A stretch of DNA of 63,986 nt, counting the filler, from Lenisia limosa (taxonomy: Eukaryota > Protista > Breviatea): NCBI GenBank assembly GCA_001655205.1. It is 14 parts of 14 records of this genome, joined end to end, with 100 filler letters (N's around TTAATTAATTAA, not from the genome) between each part and the next. Parts side by side here need not be neighbours in the genome. Positions count along the whole stretch, not along the records: positions 49,215 to 56,458 come from LPNZ01002295.1; positions 56,559 to 58,168 come from LPNZ01002776.1; positions 58,269 to 59,790 come from LPNZ01007041.1; positions 59,891 to 61,065 come from LPNZ01008221.1; positions 61,166 to 63,986 come from LPNZ01010241.1; 9 more parts are not named here. The stretch is one strand, 5' to 3'. This document shows positions 54,401 through 63,986 of the stretch, one piece after another (positions within the stretch are counted from its first letter, which is position 1; each line of letters begins with the position of its first letter). Made by a program: the position numbers and the translations under genes. The notes under the pieces were generated by a model, which was not told the origin of the DNA, did no database searches, and was given only the letters and a program-made list of their open reading frames with translations.

Positions 54401-56456
54401 CTTATTACGATTCCCAACTTGACGCTCCTTATACTCAAATTGTCCCCGATTCTCAGACCAGTCAATACCTGGGTGACACTCCATCCACGTTTCAGTTTTC
54501 ACAAAATGTGAGAATTGTGCTTTATTTCTTCTGGGGATACTAATCGAGTATTCTTGTGTGTTACTTTTGAAGCTCATCACTCACTGAAACAGGCACAACA
54601 ACCAGAGGAGGAACATGATGATGACGAAGACTCCTTTGATGAAGAGGACGCCTTTTCCCGCCAAAAGAAACGCCGACGCACTGTTGTGGTTAATGACACT
54701 GTTGGGGGGTCGTAATATTGTGTGTGAAAGGGGCGGGGGGACTGTTTNNNNNNNNNNNNNNNNNNNNNNNNNNNNNNNNNNNNNNNNNNNNNNNNNNNNN
54801 NNNNNNNNNNNNNNNNNNNNNNNNNNTTACCAATACTATGGCATTGACTTTTCAGTTGTCCACTGTCAATGACCCGCCAAATCTCTTCACACAGCCCGAA
54901 GTTGTACCTATCCCACCTCTCCCAACCTCAACCCAGCACTCCCAAGACACCTTTTCCCAGCCGAAGCCGTCTGACCTCCCACCTTCTTTCATGCCTATGT
55001 CGGAATCTAGACAGGAGGTCTTACGGGTGGCTGCTACGGCAATTCACTCTCATGTACGTTGCTACTTTTCTTCCTCAATATTGTGATGTGTGGTATTTTT
55101 GAGCACACGTGCTTACTGAAACAGGTGCACATTCCAGCCAGACTAGAAATGCTTGTTGACTATTTGAGAAGGTAACAAGGGATGTTGCCTTCGTTTTTTA
55201 ATTTGATTTGAAATGAATTTTAATTAGGGCTTCACTCAGTCTCTATTAAACTCGGGAAAATATCGATAGTTTTCGAGGATTTTTCGAGACATTCAGTCTT
55301 TTTTTCCAACCCGAAATGAAGCCCTAGTTCGACCTGTATTTTTACATCTTAGTGGGAACACCAAAGACGCTTTATTTATGGTGCGCGAGGCAAACGAAGG
55401 GGACTATGCTGAATGGACCGAAGTGTTTACAGCCCTTGCGTCATCTGTCCTCGTCTACTCCTACCAAACGAGTTTGTGGGGTATTCACAAAGGGCCACGG
55501 ATCACGAAAAAGTGTAAAATTATTGTGCAATATTGTTACAAAATAAAATTATATCGATACCTCCACAATATAAAATATCGGTTTTGTCATATTGATAACA
55601 TCGCCCACTGGTCGCCCAATATTCTTTAAGAGAACTCTGCTAAGATCGTGGTGATATTTATGAAGATCGTAGATCATCACTTTATTGTGACCAGTGCTCC
55701 CCTGGGGATATGCTTGTGAAGTATTTCAAGACTCAAGTAGTTCATGAGTGTCCTCTCACGCATCCAGGTCTTATTGAGCAAAAGGAGTGTTACTCTTACT
55801 TGAAGTCGACACTCATCAGAGCCCTCAACTCCTTCCCACACAATGTGGAGTTTGTCCGCGTTCTCTGTTGGTCCGAAGCCACTCTTGGGAGGGACTCCCT
55901 TAAGGCTGTCAAGGCTGCGCGCCAGTTCTGTCGTCTCAACCCCCGAGTCTGCAGGGTTATAAAAATTAGATAACAGCACGTGGGTATGGTATCATGGTTT
56001 AGTCTGCACCAGGGTGGCAGCTTCTCATCGATGTTCTGAGCACCTTTATGGAGCAAAGTGGTGACGTGCAGCAGGAGCTGAGAGAGGTTTGGGGGTTTCA
56101 CATCTCATATCGGTTCACTTGCCAATGTAGCACTTTCATTCCTCACATCTCAGTGCTACTACTGCCTCTACCAATGTGACACCTCATTTTCTGCGTTTAT
56201 GAACTTCACGAAAGCCACGGGGTTCGAACTAAACTTACCCGATCTCACACTGAAAAACGCCATTTATTGGGTGGGAGAGAGGGGTGAGTTATTGAAAACT
56301 TCAAATCCACAGACAAGTGAAGCTTCTTCATCTCATACCCCAGGCTCTCAGACCAGGTTTCAACATTCCAAACGGTGACGTCCTCCTGGACGTCTGCATC
56401 GGCCACATCTCGTCATCGTCCGCTCCTGCCGCCCAGTCTCTCTCGGGGTGTTTGGT
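51437..56456 (+). CDS. Large orphan protein: helical regions around a Q/S/P/E-rich low-complexity core (3' truncated)
   Basis: Many GT-AG exons: RLMTTFSEIVDALRRRDFIHAAALVAEMPINPHP|NHKQLDVLNR..., ORF 53944-54543 core, VREANEGDYAEWTEVFTALASSVL, SAPGWQLLIDVLSTFMEQSGDVQQELRE|CYYCLYQCD..AIYW|ALRPGFNIP. Some junctions unresolved. Confidence 0.55.
54112..54180 (+). repeat. 30-bp coding tandem duplication (SQFPRSNTQH/L x2)
   Basis: CTCAATTCCCCCGTTCCAATACACAGC repeated twice within an exon. Confidence 0.85.
55225..55326. mobile_element. MITE family A copy
   Basis: TAGGGCTTCAC...GAAATGAAGCCCTA with conserved core. Confidence 0.85.
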
Positions 56457-56724
56457 GGNNNNNNNNNNNNNNNNNNNNNNNNNNNNNNNNNNNNNNNNNN
56501 NNTTAATTAATTAANNNNNNNNNNNNNNNNNNNNNNNNNNNNNNNNNNNNNNNNNNNNCAGCACCGATTCCCATCACTCCAGCGTACGTTATACTTATCA
56601 TATGATAGAAGACGTATCCCAGTCGTATACTATCTAATAGACAGCTTCGGCCAGATACAACCTTATATTTTTAATTCTCATTGCTATATAGATCTTCTGT
56701 CAAACGCCATATACCCCTCCCCAC

Positions 56725-58141
56725 TATCTTTGCAAAGGAAGGCGAAGGTGTCAATGAGGGTCGAAAGGACCTCTTCGTTGTTGTAGTGTTTCGAGATGAG
56801 ATCGATGGCGACTTGGGGTGCGCCAGCCTTGGTAAAGAGCACTTCGTTACCCTTTTCTACCGGAGTGAAATTGGAAAATTTTATGAAGCAAAGAAAAAAA
56901 GAAGCCCAAAAACAACTCTGTTGGCTGACAACAGCGGGGAGTTGGGTTGCGACAAAGATCGGGAATAACTAGGGCTTCACTTCGGTTCAAAAAAAAAGAC
57001 TGAATCAAAAACTATTGATGATACCAGTCTTGTTGGACCGTAGTGACTAACTCCCTGCGCACCCTCATTGAGAAGAGACATCATCATCACAAGACGAGTG
57101 CCCGCAGCCGCGACCTGGACAATTAGGGGGTTGATGATGCCATGAATATTAGGCAACCTCCATCATAAAACCTGCCGTATAAGGCATCTTCCGTAAACAA
57201 CCTTCCAGATAAGGCAACTCCCACCACAAAACCTTCTATATAAGGCAGCCCCCAATAAAAAAACCTTCCATATAAGGCAACCGCCCCACATCGGCGTTAT
57301 CGGCGTGCTTGGCCAGGAGGTCAATAACCTGTTTCGCATTCTTTTCGTTCATGTAGGTTTCACGGACCGAGTCTGTGCGAGATGAAATTTGAGTGAGTTT
57401 AATTACCATGGTAAGAGGTGAAATAGAGTGAATTATGTTTTAGGCTTCATTTCGGTTCGAAAAATGACTGAATTTCTCGATTAATCCTCGAAAACTATCG
57501 ATATTTTAGCAGACTGTTTCGAACCAAAGTGAAGCCCTAATTATGTTTCCCATTTAGCTGATACATATACAGCAACGAAAAATAAAAAACAAGGTTGTAT
57601 TGGCTGTCCATACCATCAAGCTTAAGAAATATTGAATTATAGTATAATATTAATTCTCCCGATCATTTCTATACACACAGTTTTCTACTACATCATATGT
57701 ATACCCCAACCTCCATAATTGTATAGCATGACATATAAACCCCCCACCAATGGAGAGGAAAAGCTGGTAGGACTGAAGGACAGAAGCGGCGATAACCGGG
57801 TTCTCCGGGAACTTGTTCATCTGGGGGGGGGGGTGGAGTAAAATTGGAAATTTACGTAATAAAAAGGCCCAAATCAACTCCGAGGAATTGAATATTTAGT
57901 GATATCCCCCATACCAAGTTGGTGATATACTTCATCATTCCTTCCTCATGAAGCTTCAGGCGAGACTCGGATTCTGTAGGGCGAGTAAAATTTGGATGAA
58001 GAGGATTTGAATAAAGAGGAGAGTGAGGAAACAGTGTTACGCCTCCATTATACCCCCATTATACCCCTCCCCCGCACCAAGGCCGCCAAGTTTGAGAAGG
58101 GAGCGAAGGGCCTCGAGCCCGGCATGGACCACAGCTTCGTC
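56725..58141 (-). CDS. Armadillo-repeat protein, internal exons
   Basis: Five frame-consistent exons: DEAVVHAGLEALRSLLKLGGL|ESESRLKLHEEGMMKYITNL|MNKFPENPVIAASVLQSYQLFLSI|DSVRETYMNEKNAKQVIDLLAKHADNAD|VAAAGTRLVMMMSLLNE|EKGNEVLFTKAGAPQVAIDLISKHYNNEEVLSTLIDTFAFLCKD, with ARM-like periodicity. Confidence 0.75.
57152..57285 (+). repeat. ~30-bp degenerate intronic minisatellite x4-5
   Basis: AAACCTTCC.TATAAGGCAAC core. Confidence 0.7.
57441..57539. mobile_element. MITE family A copy
   Basis: TAGGCTTCATTTCGGTTCG...CGAACCAAAGTGAAGCCCTA. Confidence 0.85.
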
Positions 58142-58316
58142 CTATATCGTGTCAAAAGGTATGGGTTANNNNNNNNNNNNNNNNNNNNNNNNNNNNNNNN
58201 NNNNNNNNNNNNTTAATTAATTAANNNNNNNNNNNNNNNNNNNNNNNNNNNNNNNNNNNNNNNNNNNNGGCCAGATACAGCCTTGTTTTTTATTTCTCAT
58301 TGCTATAATATATCAT

Positions 58317-58318
<2 letters not shown>

Positions 58319-58357
<39 letters not shown>
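58319..58357 (+). repeat. (CT)n microsatellite
   Basis: Direct reading of the sequence. Confidence 0.95.
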
Positions 58358-58361
<4 letters not shown>

Positions 58362-58466
58362 GCTCCTTATTCTGTAATAGAAGTACTATGGGAGAGATGA
58401 TTACTTGGAGGGTTTATCGATAAACAGTGTTTTATGACGAATGTCGCTGCTTTAACCTTTTTCTAG

Positions 58467-59619
58467 GGGTCCTTCTTACCGGTATTCGGATGTGCGAAGA
58501 GATATGCAACGTCATGACATCATCTATTGAACTGTTCCGCCCAGTGAGGAGGAAGAACGTAATACATATCATATATATTACATACTGTGCAATTTTGATG
58601 AGCCAAAATTTTCTTGACTGTCGCATTCATTCATGTACCCCCCCCCNNNNNNNNNNNNNNNNNNNNNNNNNNNNNNNNNNNNNNNNNNNNNNNNNNNNNN
58701 NACAGTGCCGAATACTCTGTTGGAAGCGTGACTGACCCGTTCTTACAGGTATGTGCGAGAAAGGGTATGTTTTTACGGATGTATTAAGCGTCATTAACTA
58801 GCTCAGTTGTTTCAGCCCTGATCCAGATTTCTTTCTATCTTATGTTTTATGTTTCATATAAGATGTTCGAAAAACAAAAAAAAAACTCTCAATAAGTTTG
58901 TAGTAGTTATTGTTTTGTATCTGGTATCCTCAAGTGTTTTTCTTTTAAACCATATGTATATAATATATCAAATACGTAGATATACAACATTATATCTACT
59001 AATGTTAATTTGAAAAGTTATTGTCACTTGACAGGTTCGCATTATCCGAGTTCTCCGCATTTTGGGAACTGGAAACGTTGAAGCTTCAGAACAAATGGCA
59101 GACACCCTCGCAATGGTGGGTTGGTCATATTTGTTATGTGGTACTGTATGAGAGTGAGACATTCGTTTCACAACTGAATTAGCGATTTTCCCGGTAAATT
59201 CTCGATAAATATCGATATTCACCGGTCTCAGGTACAAAAGTGAACTTTTGGCCACCCCCATCCCTCTCACCCCACAGGTCGCCACCAACACTGAGACAAT
59301 CCTCAACGTCGGTAACGCTGTCCTTTATGAAACCGTCCGCACTATTATGGCCATTGAATCATCAAGGTGGGGGAGGGGAGTAAAATTGGAAAATTTATAA
59401 ATCAACTCTGTCGGTTGACAACACACAAAGGTTGGGGGAGGGGGTAATACCGTAGGTATGTACTAATACTTATCCCCCTCCACTGCTTCTCATGAGATTT
59501 CTTTCGTTTTACTAACCACAATCAGCGGTCTTCGCGTTTTAGCCATTAACGTCTTGGGAAAATTCCTTGGTAACCGTGACAACAACAGCCGTTATGTCGC
59601 CCTCAAGATCCTGAAACAG
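58467..59619 (+). CDS. AP1G1: AP-1 complex gamma adaptin, internal exons
   Basis: [14 protein letters not shown]..., VTDPFLQ|[20 protein letters not shown]|[30 protein letters not shown]|[31 protein letters not shown]; DPFLQV, NVGNA.LYETV.TIM and LRVLAIN.LG.FL are gamma-adaptin motifs. Confidence 0.93.
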
Positions 59620-59890
59620 GTGGGTGATTCTCGTCATACATATCATATGATATAGTATGTATATATTATGATTGAAATACAAATACTGGTATATAACTGA
59701 GACATATCATGTCCTTTTTTTTTTGTCGAGGAAATGAAGCTCTTACCTCAAAATACGCACCATTACATGAAATACGGGAGTCGACCCCCCNNNNNNNNNN
59801 NNNNNNNNNNNNNNNNNNNNNNNNNNNNNNNNNNTTAATTAATTAANNNNNNNNNNNNNNNNNNNNNNNNNNNNNNNNNNNNNNNNNNNN

Positions 59891-61046
59891 ACGTTGCGAA
59901 CATAGTGGAGGAAAGAGTCGGAATTCTGAAATAATTATTAACAATTTCTAAAAATACAGTATCTTCATCATACCATCCATCTTTTTGGCGAATGCACTGC
60001 TTCAGCTTTGTAAGCCTCAAGGAGCGGTTTCTTTTCGGTGATGGTCTTCTGGGGAAGAAGAACAAGGTTCTTGACTTGTTGCAGGTTGGTTCTAGAAAAT
60101 ATTATTTTCATTAAAAAAAAATAGTTAATACGAACCCGATGGTTGTGACAAGAGTCATATGTTTGACTGAATCGCCTTTAGTCTTGACGGCCTCTTTCGC
60201 TTGCTTCAGCGTGATGACCTTGGTCTTCCTTTCAATGATGTCAAGCATCGTCTCATCCATATTAAAAATGAGCCTCGGGTGAATCTGAAGATAATATATA
60301 AATAAAAGAAAATGAACAAGCCTTGAATTTCTCAAGTACCTTGGTAAGATTTCCAATATAGGTTTGAATTTTGTTGACATTAAATGAGTCAACATGAGCC
60401 TTAGTAACACGACGAGGCCACTAGAATTAATTATATTATTGTAATTGTATTCTTTAATAAAGATGAATAAAAAAACCCAACATACAACGCACTTGAGAGA
60501 AGGGTGACGGTTAATGAATCCATCAACAAAGTCAGGGCCAGGGGAGATAACCTTGCCTTCAAGCGTGCAAGCAAGTCTTTTTGCCTATAGTATGTCAGTC
60601 AAGTGTATAGACGACACAGAATAATAAATCACGCCAACAATTTCAATAACGTCATTCTTTGTGATGTGCTGATCGTCCATGATTTTGATGTAACACTCAA
60701 TCAAAAGTAAATCTTCAGTGTCTTCAGAAATGACTTTTTGACCTCCTCGCGTCTTAATAGACTCACTTCCTTTAGCATTGATATATTTGGAGACAGTAGA
60801 AGTTGAAATGCCACAATATGACGCAATGTACCGGTTGGTCATGGTGACTCTTTTTCCAATTGAAGCATCATAAAAATTCACTCTCTTGAGGGCTTTGACC
60901 TTCATAGTGAATAATAATCAGGTTAAACAGTTTTGGAAAAGACAGATTGAATCGTGAGTTCATAATCTTCCTAAACAGATACATACCTGTTCAACTGGAA
61001 GGGCCGATCTGAAGGGAACTGCAGTTGACTCAGAAGCTACAGTCAT
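59891..61046 (-). mobile_element. pogo/Tigger-like (Tc5/CENP-B, DDE_1) transposase gene with spliceosomal introns; both ends truncated
   Basis: HTH-like MTNRYIASYCGISTSTVSKYI, second HTH-like ..ITKNDVIEI|AKRL..GPDFVDGFINRHPSLK, catalytic-start motif IHPRLIFNMDETML, then HMTLVTTIG and GWYD. TIRs are not in the contig. Confidence 0.85.
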
Positions 61047-61146
61047 TGCATCAATGGCTCTGCGTNNNNNNNNNNNNNNNNNNNNNNNNNNNNNNNNNNN
61101 NNNNNNNNNTTAATTAATTAANNNNNNNNNNNNNNNNNNNNNNNNN

Positions 61147-62997
61147 NNNNNNNNNNNNNNNNNNNAGGCCACGCCGGGATATTTGGACCCGGTGTCAGGC
61201 ATTGCAGTGTCGCAAATGGGACAGGTCATGGTGCAGGCGTCCTCGGCTCCTTTCGACCACGAGAGTGGGTTTCTTCATGTTATCGCAACCCCTTCCCTTC
61301 ATGATAATTTAACGACTCAGCCAACCAAACATGCGCTAACTGTGTACACGGCTCCTGCAATGTCACTATGGGTGTCTGTGACTGTTACAGCACAAGGTTG
61401 GTCCTTTCTGTATTGTATTGGGACTCTCCATATTTTTTACAACTAATCTATTAAAAGGCTGCAAAAGACATTTGTTGCTTTTGGATTTGATGATGAACTT
61501 TTTTTTCCTCCAATGAAAAGTTGATGTTTCTCTCATCACGGTGCTAAAATACCATTCAATACTGAAACGTAATTGAAAAAGAACGTTTTTTTTTCTTTTT
61601 TTTCACAATTACGTTTCAAGATTTGTAGTATAATATTACCAAATTGGACAGTCCTATTTGAATCATTTTGTTTCATATTGTCTTTGTAACCTCTCAGGGC
61701 TCTCGGTTTCTGGCGAGGCTCAACCTGTGAGATGTGCGACGAGGGTCTTGATATTGCCTCAGGCTGCACCGAGGCCTTTGCTGTCGAGGGCCATGTATGG
61801 GGATTGTCCAAGACCGTTCATTATGGTTTCTTGAGAGGCAGTATTAACTGGACAGATTCTGACTCTTGCTGATGATGGCACTGTTGACACTGTCGAACTC
61901 ACTTCCACTGCCTTGCCCGCCGTCCTTATTGCATTCGCTCCAAAATGTGTCGTCATTTCAGCCGGATGTGAGCTATCTCCCGCTTCTTTTGCTTGCCATA
62001 CTTTACATGGCATACATTGGCATTTACCCCTCAGTTGAGGGCATCATGAAGCGTACCGTTGACGCCGAACTGGTCTCCGACTCGGCCGGCTCCACAACGC
62101 TGAAGGTTGGCAGGGGATGTCCGTAACTGTCCCATTTAGAGTGCATGTAATAAGTGGAAATAACCTCATGAGTTTCTGACCCCGCAGTGCCGCCTGGCAT
62201 CATATCCATATGAAGTCCTCCTGGACATGGCGGTGACTTGGGACGGCGGCCGCAAGCTCCATAAAATCAGCATCCCTGCGTCAAGAAGAGCTGAGGGTTG
62301 GTACACTGTTTTCTTGGTTATTTCGGGAACAAGTTTGATTGCTCAGAAATGAAACTCAATGTGTACGTGGCCACCACCGGCTCGGATATCAACTCCGGAC
62401 TCAGCCCGGAGTACCCTCTTTTGAACATCTATGTAGGGAGGAACGTTAGACAATGTCAATCATATTTCTTAAACGTATTGGTATGAACTTGGGGTCACAT
62501 TGCAGGGAGCGATGAACCTTTTGAGGAGAGTGCCTGACGTTGTGCGCGGCTCCGTTCTTATTGCCCCGGGTACCTACACTCAGTTNNNNNNNNNNNNNNN
62601 NNNNNNNNNNNNNNNNNNNNNNNNNNNNNNNNNNNNNNNNNNNNNNNNNNNNNNNNNNNNNNNNNNNNNNNNNNNNNNNNNNNNNNNNNNNNNNNNNNCT
62701 ATTCTGCCCTGCGCTTCGTTCACGCCACACTTGAGGCAGCTGACCCGACCGACAAGGTATGCCCTTTATATCCTTATAATTGTGACCCCTTAGCCAACCA
62801 TTGTCTGTGACTCGTACCGCATGTGGTCTATCTACTCCGGCCTCACTCTGCGTAATCTCATTTTCAAAGGCACTCGCTCCTCGGTTGGTGGTGGTCGAAC
62901 AAGGTCGATACTCACACTCCAGGGCTACAGCGGCCAACTGTACCAGGTTAACCACGCTGCCATCGAACCTTGGATCATAGACAACTGCGAATTTGAA
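61147..62997 (+). CDS. Secreted/surface protein with EGF-like and pectin-lyase-fold-like (DUF1565-type) segments; truncated
   Basis: CANCVHGSCNVTMGVCDCYST|ALGFWRGSTCEMCDEG (EGF-like); NVYVATTGSDINSGLSPEYPLLNIY|GAMNLL..SVLIAPGTYT; LTLRNLIFKG; WIIDNCEFE. Confidence 0.7.
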
Positions 62998-63057
62998 GTG
63001 TCTAAACGTGGCTGGGGAATGTGCCTTTTGAACTAATCAAACTAGTATATGTATATA

Positions 63058-63742
63058 TGTGGGTCCTCAAAGCTCCGGACATCATTCAAAATTCCCGGAC
63101 ACATCAAAACTCCCGGACAGCTTGAAGTTGACACCTTGTATAGGCCATTGCTAGTGTTTTTTGAAAAATATGCTTCGACAGATACATAGAGAAATGGACC
63201 TCCTAATGTTCCCTAACTTTTTTTTCAATTTTGAGCAAATGTCAAAAATTCGTGAATTTGGTCTCCCGGGGGTCCCCCTTTTGCCTTTTCACAGGATTAT
63301 TTTCTGAATCTTACCCTCTTTTAGTGTTAAGAAACAAAAATTTGTACCCCTCGGAGTAATTGGTTCCGGGTTCCCATTTGCTTTGGCTATGTAATGGTGA
63401 ATTTTGAGGAAAAAATGCTAAAAATAGCACTGTCTACAGGGGTAAACTTTCCCGGATAGTTGCCATTTATTCCTTGAATGTGGCCTTTTATAACAGTTTT
63501 TGCTTTTTTTTTTTTTGACCGTTTTTGGACCGTAAATAGAGAGCTTAGGGACTTAATTTGGTTTTGACCCGATAATATGTAAAATTGGGGTTTCATTATA
63601 TGATTAAGATTGAGATTACTTTCAAAAACAGAAGGGAAATAGGGTTTCTGGGTGGTTTATGGTGATTTTGTATGGAAAACTCAAGCTGTCCGGGAGTTTT
63701 GATGTGTCCGGGAATTTTGAATGATGTCAGGAGCTTTGACTA
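63058..63742. mobile_element. Second copy of the ~0.6-0.7 kb TIR element, intronic
   Basis: Reverse-complement match to 3250-3827 along its length, with the same TIRs. Confidence 0.9.
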
Positions 63743-63986
63743 TACATATATATATTACAGGTATCATGTCGTATACTGTATATCGATATAATAAATGTGT
63801 GATATGTGTATATCGATAATATAATATATTAGTATACATATTAGATAATATTATAGTATGACATACCTATATCATATGATATGTTATATGATATGTATAT
63901 TATGTACATATATAGTACATATAATACTACTATTATATCTTTATAAAAATTAGATTAATAATATGATATACTAGTATATTATATAT

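Noticed and set aside
53944-54543. 199-aa ORF as a standalone gene
   Set aside because: It is bounded by splice sites and is better explained as one long exon of the 51437-56456 gene.
63743-63986. AT-rich terminal stretch as a telomere or satellite
   Set aside because: It is irregular TA/TAT low-complexity intron sequence with no fixed repeat unit.
1-63986. tRNA, rRNA or snRNA genes
   Set aside because: None recognised by eye; tRNAscan-SE/Infernal would be needed to exclude divergent ones.

Overview
Eukaryotic, intron-dense, repeat-rich genomic DNA, probably from a protist. An amoebozoan is plausible from gene content, but that is inference. The window is not contiguous: 13 artificial 100-bp spacers (44 N + TTAATTAATTAA + 44 N) join one ~27-kb piece and 13 short pieces, so most genes are truncated. 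The ORF track is largely uninformative; genes were rebuilt by reading GT-AG exons by eye, so boundaries are approximate. Recognisable genes: a YqhD-like Fe-alcohol dehydrogenase (5' part), a >24-kb, roughly 50-exon IPT/TIG + Cys-rich + multi-TM receptor-like gene, V-ATPase subunit H, NAR1/CIAO3, a CHD-type SNF2 helicase, a Gal4-type Zn2Cys6 factor, an ARM-repeat protein, AP-1 gamma adaptin, an intron-containing pogo-like DDE transposase and an EGF/pectin-lyase-like surface protein, plus several orphan genes. Introns are filled with short repeat families: several MITEs, two non-TIR families and a ~0.6-0.7 kb TIR element. The most notable pattern is a non-TIR repeat (family E) whose end lies flush with splice sites in unrelated genes. 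It supplies the tract leading into the 3' AG acceptor when in sense, and abuts the GT donor when inverted. No rRNA, tRNA or CRISPR was recognised.
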